Origin: Mycobacterium sp.
GTDB lineage: Bacteria; Actinomycetota; Actinomycetes; Mycobacteriales; Mycobacteriaceae
NCBI GenBank assembly: GCA_044370595.1
Contig: JBILVF010000001.1
Direction: 5' to 3' (one strand)
DNA: 64,000 nt
The stretch's first letter is position 1, and each line of letters starts with the position of its first letter. The notes beneath the pieces are model-generated. The model was not told the DNA's origin. It saw only the letters and a list, made by a program, of their open reading frames with translations, and did no database searches. A program made the position numbers and the translations under genes. Shown here piece by piece: positions 1 to 8,699 of the stretch.

Positions 1-284
1 GTGGCACAGTCTTTTTTGCCGGTCAGTCGCTGATCGAACTCGCCGGTCACGGACGGCCCGACGATGCCGAGGGGCCCTTTCCGGGCGCGTTGTGGTTGCA
101 GGTCCGCGATATCGAAGCCGCCCAGCAGGAATTGCGCGGCCGCGGGGTCGCGATCGCACGCGAGGCCCGCCAGGAACCGTGGGGCTTGTTCGAAATGCAT
201 GTCGAGGACCCCGACGGAATCACCCTGATTTTCGTGCAGGTGCCCGAGTACCACCCGTTGCGCGGTGCGATGCCCCGCCCCTAG
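1..284 (+). CDS. VOC/glyoxalase family protein (Rv0546c-like), 5' truncated by window edge
   Basis: Frame open from position 3 (GTVFFAGQSLIELAGH...ALWLQVRD...EPWGLFEMHVEDPDG); VOC motif; synteny. Confidence 0.85.
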   Translation, partial: GTVFFAGQSLIELAGHGRPDDAEGPFPGALWLQVRDIEAAQQELRGRGVAIAREARQEPWGLFEMHVEDPDGITLIFVQVPEYHPLRGAMPRP

Positions 285-290
285 CTGAGG

Positions 291-602
291 TCAGCGGCCG
301 TTCTCCAGTGGCCAGCCCACCGAGGCCAGTCGAGCGGCGACCTGATGAACCTCTTCGGGGTTGGGTTCCTTCTCGGTGACCTCGTGGATGGCGTCGCGAA
401 TCTGCTGCTCGCTCACCGGCGTATCGGCATCACCCTGCCGCACGATCGTCCGCGCCGCCTTGACCACTTCCTCCTCGGTGAGCGAGCGCATCAGCAACGC
501 CAGCAGCGGGAAATAATCCTTGGGCGGCACCCCGTGCGGATAGCCCTCATGTAGCCATCCGACGACGTTGTCGACGAAACCGTCCTGGTGTTCCACGGAC
601 AT
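291..602 (-). CDS. DUF3349 domain protein (Rv0543c-like), copy 1
   Basis: WLHEGYPHGVPPKDYFPLLALL...V.ARLASVGWPL signature. Confidence 0.85.
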   Translation of the reverse strand: MSVEHQDGFVDNVVGWLHEGYPHGVPPKDYFPLLALLMRSLTEEEVVKAARTIVRQGDADTPVSEQQIRDAIHEVTEKEPNPEEVHQVAARLASVGWPLENGR

Positions 603-612
603 CTCGGCTACC

Positions 613-897
613 TCACTTCTTCGGGAACATCGGAAACAGGTCCACCCCGAAGTGGTGGTCGATCGTCGATCTGGTGATCCAGGCGACCGCCGTGACGATC
701 ACCAGGGCGACGAACACGAACAGCAGGATCCCGAGGTACTTCAACACCGGGTTTGGCTTGTGGATGAGGTGATCGGCCTCCTCGCCGCCGGCGCCGAAGG
801 AGTAGGCCAGCATCCCGGTGGCGAACAGCGCAGGCAGTCCGGCCCCGAGAACCAATCCCACCACCAGCACGTTGAGAATCGACTCCAGATAACGCAT
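613..897 (-). CDS. Small membrane protein (Rv0544c-like)
   Basis: Two hydrophobic helices, GAGLPALFA motif, directly downstream of pitA. Confidence 0.8.
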   Translation of the reverse strand: MRYLESILNVLVVGLVLGAGLPALFATGMLAYSFGAGGEEADHLIHKPNPVLKYLGILLFVFVALVIVTAVAWITRSTIDHHFGVDLFPMFPKK

Positions 898-911
898 CAG
901 CTAATCCCCTC

Positions 912-2195
912 CTAGACCGGCGTCTTTGGTTGAGCAACCTCGGACGACTTCACAGTGACCTTGGCGCTGCTGGCCTCGCGAACATCTGCGGGCACAACGG
1001 AATTCGTTGTCTCGTCCCAATCGGCGTTGACGTTGCTGTGATCGACCTTCTGCTGCTGCGCCCGCCACCACATGTAGAAGGACAATCCCACCAGGATCAG
1101 GAAGATCAGACCGTCGCCGGCCAGCGCCGACCCGGTGGCCGACTTCACGAAGTAGGACAGCCAGTACGACAGTGCACCGACCAGCGCGGCGGCCGGCAGG
1201 GTCACCAGCCAGGCCACCGCCATCCGGCCGGCAACGGCCCAACGCACCTGCGCACCGGGCTTTCCGACACCGCTGCCCAGGATCGAGCCGGTCGCAACGT
1301 GGGTAGTGGACAACGCCATCCCGGCCGCGCTCGAGCTGAGGATGATCGCCGCCGAGGAGGCTTCCGCGGCCAGGCCCTGCGGCGACTCGATTTCGACCAG
1401 ACCCTTGCCCAGTGTCCGGATCACCCGCCAGCCACCGAGGTAGGTGCCCAAGCCGATGGCGACGGCGCAGCTAGCGATGATCCAGAACGGCAGGCCGTCA
1501 TTCTTGACGTCGCCGGTGAGATGACCGGTGGTGATCAGCGCAAGGGCGATCACCCCCATTGTTTTCTGCGCGTCGTTGGTGCCGTGCGCAAGGGCCACCA
1601 GCGAGGCCGTCGCGATCTGCCCCCAGCGGAAACCCGCTTCGCGACGCCGGTGCAGCACCTTGCGGGTGATGCGGTAGACCAGCCAGGTTCCGCATGCGGC
1701 GACCAGGCCCGCGATCACCGGTGCAGCCACGGCGGGGATGAGCACCTTCTGCGTCACGCCGGGCCAGTTCACCCCGCCCAGGCCGAGGGCCGCCAAGCCG
1801 GCGCCGATCAGACCACCGAACAGGGCGTGCGAGGAACTCGAGGGGATGCCGAACAGCCAGGTGAGCAGATTCCAGAGAATCCCGCCGATCAGGCCCGCGA
1901 AGATGATCGTCAACCCCATCGAGGCATCGATGTCCGGCAGTAGCTGCCCGGTTTTACTGTCTTGAACCTTCAGTACCGACGTCGTCACCGTGATGGCGAC
2001 CTCGACCGAGAGGAATGCGCCGATCAGGTTCAGGAAGCCGGCGAGTATCACGGCGGTTTTGGGCTTCAGGGCGCCGGTGGCAATCGAGGTCGCCATCGCG
2101 TTGCCGGTGTCGTGAAACCCGTTGGTGAAGTCGAACGCCAGCGCGGTGGCGATGAGCAACACCAGGATGATCATCTCTGTCCCCATGTCGGTCAT
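912..2195 (-). CDS. pitA: Low-affinity inorganic phosphate transporter (PiT family)
   Basis: FDFTNGFHDTGNAMATS and HGTNDAQKTMG PiT signature motifs. Confidence 0.95.
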   Translation of the reverse strand: MTDMGTEMIILVLLIATALAFDFTNGFHDTGNAMATSIATGALKPKTAVILAGFLNLIGAFLSVEVAITVTTSVLKVQDSKTGQLLPDIDASMGLTIIFAGLIGGILWNLLTWLFGIPSSSSHALFGGLIGAGLAALGLGGVNWPGVTQKVLIPAVAAPVIAGLVAACGTWLVYRITRKVLHRRREAGFRWGQIATASLVALAHGTNDAQKTMGVIALALITTGHLTGDVKNDGLPFWIIASCAVAIGLGTYLGGWRVIRTLGKGLVEIESPQGLAAEASSAAIILSSSAAGMALSTTHVATGSILGSGVGKPGAQVRWAVAGRMAVAWLVTLPAAALVGALSYWLSYFVKSATGSALAGDGLIFLILVGLSFYMWWRAQQQKVDHSNVNADWDETTNSVVPADVREASSAKVTVKSSEVAQPKTPV

Positions 2196-2280
2196 TGTGG
2201 GCCTTGCCGAAGAATTTTGGCCAATTACCGCCAGAGTCGGGACCTTGGTCCACCTGCGGCTTTACCCGGGGGGATCAGGA

Positions 2281-2297
2281 GTTCATCAGCAGTTCAC
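2281..2297. promoter_or_regulatory. Candidate PHO/RegX3-type box upstream of pitA
   Basis: GTTCAT (2281) and GTTCAC (2292), 11-bp period. Confidence 0.5.
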
Positions 2298-2423
2298 TGC
2301 GCGTACGTCGAGGCTTTGCTGAATCGCGGGAACGGACGGAAGGGACGGGCAGCGCTGAGCAACAACAGACCCTAAAATCGGGACGAGTGATTTCGGCGCG
2401 TCCAGCTTTGAGGAGTGACACCG

Positions 2424-2750
2424 GTGAACCGATTCCTCGGAAACATCGTCTCCTGGCTGCGGGCCGGCTACCCCAACGGCGTTCCGCGCAATGACTACCT
2501 GCCGATCCTGGCGTTGTTGTCCCGGCGCCTGACCGCCGACGAGATCATCGAGGTGGCCGGCCAACTCCGCCATCTTCCTCAGCTTGGCTTCATCGACATC
2601 GGTGCGGAGATTCTGCGGATCACCGACCAACTGCCCCAACCGTCGGAGGTCGAGCGGGTGCGGGCCAAACTCGCCGCTTACGGCTGGCCCCTCGATGACG
2701 AACGCAGTGACGAACGCAGTGACGAACGCGGCACCGAGGAGTTCGGATAG
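2424..2750 (+). CDS. DUF3349 domain protein, copy 2
   Basis: WLRAGYPNGVPRNDYLPILALL...AKLAAYGWPL; GAGGAG RBS at 2410-2415 favours GTG 2424 over 2415. Confidence 0.85.
   Translation: MNRFLGNIVSWLRAGYPNGVPRNDYLPILALLSRRLTADEIIEVAGQLRHLPQLGFIDIGAEILRITDQLPQPSEVERVRAKLAAYGWPLDDERSDERSDERGTEEFG
2696..2729 (+). repeat. 12-bp tandem repeat TGACGAACGCAG x2.8 (DERS repeat)
   Basis: Units at 2696, 2708, partial at 2720. Confidence 0.9.
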
Positions 2751-2764
2751 CTACCCTTCGGGCG

Positions 2765-3916
2765 TTGATCGTTCCGCCCGGTCCTTCGGCATTGTCGCTG
2801 ATGACCGCCCTGCTGGGAGTCCTTGACGGTCGCGATTCCCCCCTGGTTCCGGTTCCGGCCTGCGATCTAAGAGTGAGCGAATCGCTGGCGGCAGCACTGC
2901 GGATCGGCGCCGAGATCGCCGATGACATCGCCCTGGTGATTCCCACCTCCGGCACCACCGGCACCCCGAAGGGCTCGATGCTGACTGCGGCGGCATTGAT
3001 CGCCAGCGCCTCGGCCACCCATGACCGCCTCGGCGGCCCGGGGACCTGGCTGCTGGCCCTGCCGACGCACCACATCGCCGGCGTTCAGGTTCTCGTGCGC
3101 AGCCTGCTGGCCGGAACGGTTCCGGCCGAGTTGGACGTCTCCGGCGGTTTCGACCCGGCCGAACTGCCGAGGGCGGTATCCGAACTCGGCTCCGGCCGCC
3201 GCTACACCGCACTGGTGGCCAACCAACTGGCCAACGCGCTGACCGACCCTGACGCGACCGCAGCGCTGGCCGACTTGGACGCCGTTCTGCTCGGCGGCGG
3301 GCCGGCCCCGGCTCCGGTGCTCGACGGTGCCGCCGAAGCCGGGATCACCGTGGTACGAACCTACGGTTCCAGCGAGACGGCCGGCGGGTGCGTCTACGAC
3401 GGGGTCCCCCTGGCCGGTGTGCAGGTGCACATCGACGACCCCGATCCGGCCGGGGAGGGACGCATCGTCATCGGGGGCGCCACCCTGGCATCGGGGTACC
3501 GCAATCCCCCGCATCCCGACCCGTTCGGCGAGCCGGGGTGGTTCCACACCGACGACCGGGGATGCTTCGACGCGTCCGGCCGGCTGTCGGTGCTCGGCCG
3601 CACCGATGACGCGGTCAACACCGGCGGGCTGACGATTCTGCCCGGCCCGGTCGAAGCGGTCTTGAATCGGCACCCGGGGGTGGCCGAATGCGCGGTGTTC
3701 GCCGTACCTGACGATCGACTCGGCCAGCGAATGGCCGTGGCGGTAGTGCCGGCCGCGGCTGCGGCGAGCCCCACCCTGGCCGAACTGCGCAAGTTTGTGG
3801 CCCGGTCACTGGACGCCAAAGCGGCGCCGCGGGAACTGCACTTCGTCGAGGAGCTCCCTCGCCTCGGCATCGGCAAACTGGACCGGCGGGCGTTGCGCCA
3901 ACGGTTCTCACCGTGA
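2765..3916 (+). CDS. menE: o-succinylbenzoate-CoA ligase
   Basis: TSGTTGTPKG AMP-binding loop, TYGSSETAGG; strong resemblance to mycobacterial MenE; start uncertain. Confidence 0.92.
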   Translation: MIVPPGPSALSLMTALLGVLDGRDSPLVPVPACDLRVSESLAAALRIGAEIADDIALVIPTSGTTGTPKGSMLTAAALIASASATHDRLGGPGTWLLALPTHHIAGVQVLVRSLLAGTVPAELDVSGGFDPAELPRAVSELGSGRRYTALVANQLANALTDPDATAALADLDAVLLGGGPAPAPVLDGAAEAGITVVRTYGSSETAGGCVYDGVPLAGVQVHIDDPDPAGEGRIVIGGATLASGYRNPPHPDPFGEPGWFHTDDRGCFDASGRLSVLGRTDDAVNTGGLTILPGPVEAVLNRHPGVAECAVFAVPDDRLGQRMAVAVVPAAAAASPTLAELRKFVARSLDAKAAPRELHFVEELPRLGIGKLDRRALRQRFSP

Positions 3917-3930
3917 CGAAAGCGTGACGA
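3912..3930 (+). promoter_or_regulatory. Direct repeat CGTGACGA-n3-CGTGACGA, candidate OmpR-type operator
   Basis: Identical octamers at 3912 and 3923 (11-bp period); -10 TAGGCT at 3958-3963, 7 nt before ATG 3971 (leaderless). Confidence 0.5.
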
Positions 3931-3970
3931 TAGAACCGGTTGCGTTGCCGCCACGGTTAGGCTCGAAATT

Positions 3971-4675
3971 ATGACCGCCCGCGTTCTGATCGCCGACGAC
4001 GACGCCGTGGTGCGCGACGTCGTCCGGCGCTACCTGGAACGCGACGGGCTCGAAGTGCGGGTGGCCGGCGACGGCAGCGAAGCTTTGCGGGTGCTGGGCA
4101 CCGAACGGATCGACGTGGCCGTCCTGGACGTGATGATGCCCGGCCCCAGCGGGTTGTCACTGTGCCGGACCCTGCGCCAAGGCGGCGACTACACCGTGCC
4201 GGTGATCCTGCTCACCGCCCTCGGCGAGGAGGACGACCGGATCGCAGGCCTGGAGGCCGGCGCCGATGACTACCTGACCAAGCCCTTCAGCCCACGGGAA
4301 CTCGCGCTGCGGGTGCGCTCTGTGCTGCGCCGCACCCCGGCGCCGCCGTCGACGGTGCCACTGGAGATCACGGTGGGCCAACTGACCGTCTCCACCGCGT
4401 CCCGATCGGTGACCATCGCCGGTGAACCGGTCGGCCTGACCAACCGGGAATTCGATCTGCTGTTGTTCTTCTTGACCCACACCGACACCGTGTTCTCCCG
4501 GGAGGAACTGCTCAAGCGGGTGTGGAACTGGGATTTCGGAGACTTGTCGACGGTTACCGTCCACGTCAAGCGGCTGCGCTCCAAACTGGGCGACCACCAT
4601 CGCGTCCAGACCATCTGGGGGCGCGGTTACCTTTGGCGGGGCGAAGCCGGCGGCGGTGACCGTGCCTCTGCCTGA
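3971..4675 (+). CDS. OmpR/PhoB-family response regulator
   Basis: Receiver (ADDD, VLDVMMPG, DDYLTKPF) plus winged helix ([21 protein letters not shown]). Confidence 0.95.
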   Translation: MTARVLIADDDAVVRDVVRRYLERDGLEVRVAGDGSEALRVLGTERIDVAVLDVMMPGPSGLSLCRTLRQGGDYTVPVILLTALGEEDDRIAGLEAGADDYLTKPFSPRELALRVRSVLRRTPAPPSTVPLEITVGQLTVSTASRSVTIAGEPVGLTNREFDLLLFFLTHTDTVFSREELLKRVWNWDFGDLSTVTVHVKRLRSKLGDHHRVQTIWGRGYLWRGEAGGGDRASA

Positions 4676-5687
4676 GTTGTTCGGGGATGCACTGCTCGCG
4701 CTGGGCTGCTCACTGCCGGTGGTGCTCTTCGGTGCGCTGATCATCAGGCTGGCCCGGTCGTGGTCGCTGTTGGTCAGCATGGTTGTCCTGGTGCTCATTC
4801 CGACGCTGGCTACGCTCGCCGGAGCGTTCTGCGCCAGCCGGTTCATGGCTCAACCGAGTTTCCGTGCGCTTGCGCTCGTGCTGCTGGTCGTCGCGGTCGT
4901 CACCGTGCCCTCCGCGGTGATGATGGCACGCTACCTCGCCCGAAGGACCGTGTGGGAACAGGAGATTCAAGACGCGGAGGCCGCCGCAGAGCAGTCCCGA
5001 CGCCAACTGGTCGCCTTCGTCAGTCACGACCTGCGCACCCCACTGGCAGGGATCCGGGCGCTGTCTGAGGCGATCGCCGACGGTGTGGTCAGCGACGACG
5101 AGGTACGAGTTCAGGCCAAGCGGATCGAGGGCGAGAGCATCCGCCTGCAGGAGATGGTCGACGACCTCTTCGAGATGGCCAAGATCAACGCCGGCGCGGT
5201 CAACGCGCCCTACGAACGGGTGGCGCTCGACGAGGTGGTCGACGATGTGATGTCCGCGCACGGAATCGCCGCCGAACGCGCCGGGGTGGCACTGCAAGCC
5301 GAGTTGCCGGCACATCCGGTCCGGGTGATCGGCAGCGATCGCGCCCTGGTGCGCGTGTTGTCCAACCTGGTCGCGAACGCGATCGCGCACACACCCGCCG
5401 GCGGCACCGTCACCCTGGCCGTGGGCGTCGATCAGGAGGGCGCCTGGGCCCGGGTGGACGACACCGGGGTGGGGATCGACGCCGCTGACCTGCCTCGAGT
5501 GTTCGACGTCGCCTACCGCGGCTCCAATGACCGCGTGCCGCGATCGGATTCGTCACTGCCCAGCGGATCGGGACTGGGCCTGGCGATCGCGGCAGGCCTG
5601 GTTCGGGCACACCGGGGTTCGCTGTCGGCGCGCAACCTGGCACGTGGTGCCCGGTTTGAAGTGCGACTGCCACTGGCGGCCGAGTAG
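4656..5687 (+). CDS. Sensor histidine kinase
   Basis: Two TM helices, H-box SHDLRTPL, N-box NLVANA, DTGVGI and GSGLGL; overlaps regulator stop. Confidence 0.95.
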   Translation: MTVPLPELFGDALLALGCSLPVVLFGALIIRLARSWSLLVSMVVLVLIPTLATLAGAFCASRFMAQPSFRALALVLLVVAVVTVPSAVMMARYLARRTVWEQEIQDAEAAAEQSRRQLVAFVSHDLRTPLAGIRALSEAIADGVVSDDEVRVQAKRIEGESIRLQEMVDDLFEMAKINAGAVNAPYERVALDEVVDDVMSAHGIAAERAGVALQAELPAHPVRVIGSDRALVRVLSNLVANAIAHTPAGGTVTLAVGVDQEGAWARVDDTGVGIDAADLPRVFDVAYRGSNDRVPRSDSSLPSGSGLGLAIAAGLVRAHRGSLSARNLARGARFEVRLPLAAE

Positions 5688-5706
5688 CCTTCTGCCGGCG
5701 TTCGGT

Positions 5707-6567
5707 TCAGTCTGAGTGGGAGACCGCACGCCCGACGATCAGCGGGTCGGGCTGACCAACCGCCTCATAGTCCTTGTCGGCATAGTCGAACTTACTCAGG
5801 ACATGGCGCATGGCGTTGACGCGAGCACGCTTCTTGTCGTTGCTCTTGACGACCGTCCACGGTGCGACCTCGGTGTCGGTCCAGGTGAACATGTCGACCT
5901 TGGCGGCGGTGTAGTCGTCCCACTTGTCCAGCGAGGCAAGGTCAGTCGGTGAAAGTTTCCATTGCCGGACCGGATCAACGTGCCGGATGGTGAACCGGGT
6001 CCGCTGTTCGGACGGGGACACCGAGAACCACAGCTTGGTCAGGCTGATTCCGTCGTTGACGAGCATCTGTTCGAACAGCGGCACCTGCCTGACGAATTCA
6101 GCGTGTTGCTTGGGCGTGCAGTAGCCCATGACGCGCTCGACCCCGGCGCGGTTGTACCAGGACCGATCGAAGAGCACGATCTCTCCGGCCGACGGCAGGT
6201 GTTTGACGTAGCGCTGGAAATACCACTGCGTGCTTTCCCTTTCGGTCGGCTTCTCCAGTGCCACGACGCGCGCTCCGCGCGGATTGAGGTGCTCCATGAA
6301 CCGCTTAATGGTGCCGCCTTTCCCGGCGGCGTCGCGGCCCTCGAACACGATCACATGCCGCAGTCCGTTGGCCTTGGTCCAGTTCTGCAACTTCAGCAGT
6401 TCGACCTGGAGGATGTGTTTCTGCTCTTCGTAGTCAGGTCGGGACATTCGATGGTCATAGGGATAGTTCTCCCGCCAGGTATCCACCGCGACGCCGCTGG
6501 GATCGAGCAGGATCGGATCGTCGTCCTCGTCGTCGACAACGGTGTAGCCATCCAGGTGTATCTGCAC
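5707..6567 (-). CDS. ppk2: Polyphosphate kinase 2 (class I-like)
   Basis: FEGRDAAGKGG Walker A, FDRSWYNRAGVERVMG; -10 TAGGGT 6 nt before GTG (leaderless). Confidence 0.95.
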   Translation of the reverse strand: MQIHLDGYTVVDDEDDDPILLDPSGVAVDTWRENYPYDHRMSRPDYEEQKHILQVELLKLQNWTKANGLRHVIVFEGRDAAGKGGTIKRFMEHLNPRGARVVALEKPTERESTQWYFQRYVKHLPSAGEIVLFDRSWYNRAGVERVMGYCTPKQHAEFVRQVPLFEQMLVNDGISLTKLWFSVSPSEQRTRFTIRHVDPVRQWKLSPTDLASLDKWDDYTAAKVDMFTWTDTEVAPWTVVKSNDKKRARVNAMRHVLSKFDYADKDYEAVGQPDPLIVGRAVSHSD

Positions 6568-6600
6568 GCGCGCACCCTAACGCTCGTCGACGGCCCTGGG

Positions 6601-6617
6601 GTTACCGACAGGTGAAC
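6601..6617 (-). promoter_or_regulatory. Candidate PHO box at -35 to -50 of ppk2
   Basis: Sense strand GTTCACCTGTC-GGTAACCCCAG, 11-bp period. Confidence 0.55.
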
Positions 6618-6632
6618 GCTTGGCGGCCCCGG

Positions 6633-7748
6633 TCAGCCGATGCTGGTGACCGCACTGGCGACCCGGGTCTGAAGTTCGGGCGGCAACGGGATGTAGCCGA
6701 CCTTGTTGAGATCGGTCTGGCCGACGGTCACCGCCGATTGCAGGAAGGCTTGCACGGCCTCGCCGGTTTGTTTGTCCGGGTAGCGGGAACAGACGATCGC
6801 ATAACCGGCCAGCAGCAGTGGATATCCGAACTTCTCGGTCGGCTGGTAGGCCGGGGTCATATCGAGGACCAGGTTGTTGCCCTGCCCGGTGATGGTGACC
6901 GGCGCGATGGACGTGCCGACCCAGTCGGTACCGATGTGGGTGACACCTGCGGGGGTCTTGATGTCGGCGGTCGGCAGACCCTGGTCGATGGCGAAGGACC
7001 ACTCGTTGTAGGAAATCGCGCCGGGTGTGTTCTTGACCTTCTCGGCAGCGCCCTGGTTCCCGGTGGCTCCCTGGCCGACCTTGCCGTTGAAGGTTTTACC
7101 GGCACCGGCCTTCCACGCCCCATCCGATGCAGCCTGCAGGTATTGCTGGAAGTTGTCGGTCGTACCGGACTGATCGCTGCGGTGGACGACCTTGATGTCC
7201 ATCGCCGGCATCGAGGTGCGCGGGGTGGGGTGCGCTCGGCCGGACGGCAGGTTGAGGGCGGAGATGGCTGGATCGTCCCAGCGGGTGATCGCCCCCGAGA
7301 AGATGCCCGCCAGCGTCGGTCCGTCGAGGATCAACACGTCGGCCCCGGGCAGGTTGTAGGTGATCGCGATCGGCCCGAAGACGATCGGGATGTTGAGGGC
7401 ATCAGCGCCATCGCACCGCTTCTTGGCCGCCTCGTACTCACCGCCTTGAAGGGGTGAGTCCGAGTTGCCGAAGTCGGTCTTCCCGCTGATGAATTCCTGG
7501 ACTCCCGCACCGGAGCCGTTGGCTGTGTAGTCAAGTCCCTTGTCCGGGCAGGCGCTCTGGTACGCCTTGACGAAGTGGGTGATGGCGTTGGCCTGAGCGG
7601 TCGAACCGCTGGCAGTCAGCGACTGTTTGCCGGCACAGACCACCCGGACGTCCTGGGCGTAGGGCTGCACCGGTCCGGTCTGCGAGCAACCTGCGGCCAG
7701 GAACGCGGCCACGGCGACGACAGCGGCAGGGTTCCGTCTGGATCTCAT
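6633..7748 (-). CDS. pstS: Phosphate-binding lipoprotein PstS (no pstCAB adjacent)
   Basis: Lipobox FLAAGC; ASGSTAQANA, DFGNSD, RSDQSGTTDNF motifs. Confidence 0.92.
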   Translation of the reverse strand: MRSRRNPAAVVAVAAFLAAGCSQTGPVQPYAQDVRVVCAGKQSLTASGSTAQANAITHFVKAYQSACPDKGLDYTANGSGAGVQEFISGKTDFGNSDSPLQGGEYEAAKKRCDGADALNIPIVFGPIAITYNLPGADVLILDGPTLAGIFSGAITRWDDPAISALNLPSGRAHPTPRTSMPAMDIKVVHRSDQSGTTDNFQQYLQAASDGAWKAGAGKTFNGKVGQGATGNQGAAEKVKNTPGAISYNEWSFAIDQGLPTADIKTPAGVTHIGTDWVGTSIAPVTITGQGNNLVLDMTPAYQPTEKFGYPLLLAGYAIVCSRYPDKQTGEAVQAFLQSAVTVGQTDLNKVGYIPLPPELQTRVASAVTSIG

Positions 7749-7854
7749 CTCGGTTGCCTCCAGGGGACGTGGCGCATCGGGGGTTCAGTCGCGCCGGTCG
7801 GCCGACGATGCACCGGGTCGAAGCGGAACCCTAGGCCCGCGAGGCGACGCAGCG

Positions 7855-7922
7855 GTGAAGTCTGATTGAACACCGGGTGCACGGTAGGGTCGGACGAACT
7901 GCCGTTCACGCGCCGTTCACGC
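7855..7922. promoter_or_regulatory. Two back-to-back PHO-like repeat arrays in the divergent pstS/phoU promoter
   Basis: GTGAAG 7855, TTGAAC 7866, GTGCAC 7877 (11-bp period); perfect tandem GCCGTTCACGC x2 at 7901-7922. Confidence 0.7.
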
Positions 7923-7964
7923 GCTGTCGGCGATTGATTCTCCTCCGACCTCTACCCTCGCCAC

Positions 7965-8699
7965 ATGCGGTCCGCGTACGGTGCCCAACTTCAGGCCCTG
8001 ACCGATCAGCTGGCGCACATTTGCCAGTTAACCGGTAGCGCAATGGAAAACGCGACTCACGCTGTTCTCCAAGCCGATCTGCTTCTTGCGGAGCAGGTTA
8101 TCGGAAGTCACGAGACCATCACGTTCCTCAGCTGCAAGGCTGAGGAGGCCGGTTTCCAACTGCTCGCCCTCCAGTCGCCGATGGGCCGTGATCTGCGGGC
8201 GGCGGTCAGCTCGCTACAAATCGTCGCCGACCTTGAACGTATGGCGGCACTGGCTGTCCACGTGGCCGAGATCGCCCGACTCCGCCATCCACAACACGCC
8301 CTGCCCGAAGACGTCAATGGCTACTTCGCCGAAATGGGCCGTATCGCTGTTGATTTGGCAGGGAGCGCGTACCAAGTCATCCAATCGTGCGACCTCGGCA
8401 GGGCCCGTTACATACGGGACGCCGATGATGCGATGGACGACCTGCACCGGCACTTGTTCACGGTATTGCTGGACCGAGAGTGGCGACACGGCACAACCGC
8501 CGCAGTAGACACGACTCTGCTGAGCCGTTATTACGAGCGGTTCGCCGACCACGCGGTGGAAATCTCGCGGCGGATCATTTTCCAGGCGACCGGGCAGATT
8601 CCCGCCGCGACCAGATCCGCCGCCGTCACACCCCGTTCACCGATTGCCGGTGTACGGCTCCGTGGCACAGCGCCGACAGTCCCCCACGGCCGTCCCTAG
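7965..8699 (+). CDS. phoU: Phosphate signalling protein PhoU (PhoY2-like)
   Basis: [39 protein letters not shown]; -10 TACCCT 6 nt before ATG. Confidence 0.93.
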   Translation: MRSAYGAQLQALTDQLAHICQLTGSAMENATHAVLQADLLLAEQVIGSHETITFLSCKAEEAGFQLLALQSPMGRDLRAAVSSLQIVADLERMAALAVHVAEIARLRHPQHALPEDVNGYFAEMGRIAVDLAGSAYQVIQSCDLGRARYIRDADDAMDDLHRHLFTVLLDREWRHGTTAAVDTTLLSRYYERFADHAVEISRRIIFQATGQIPAATRSAAVTPRSPIAGVRLRGTAPTVPHGRP

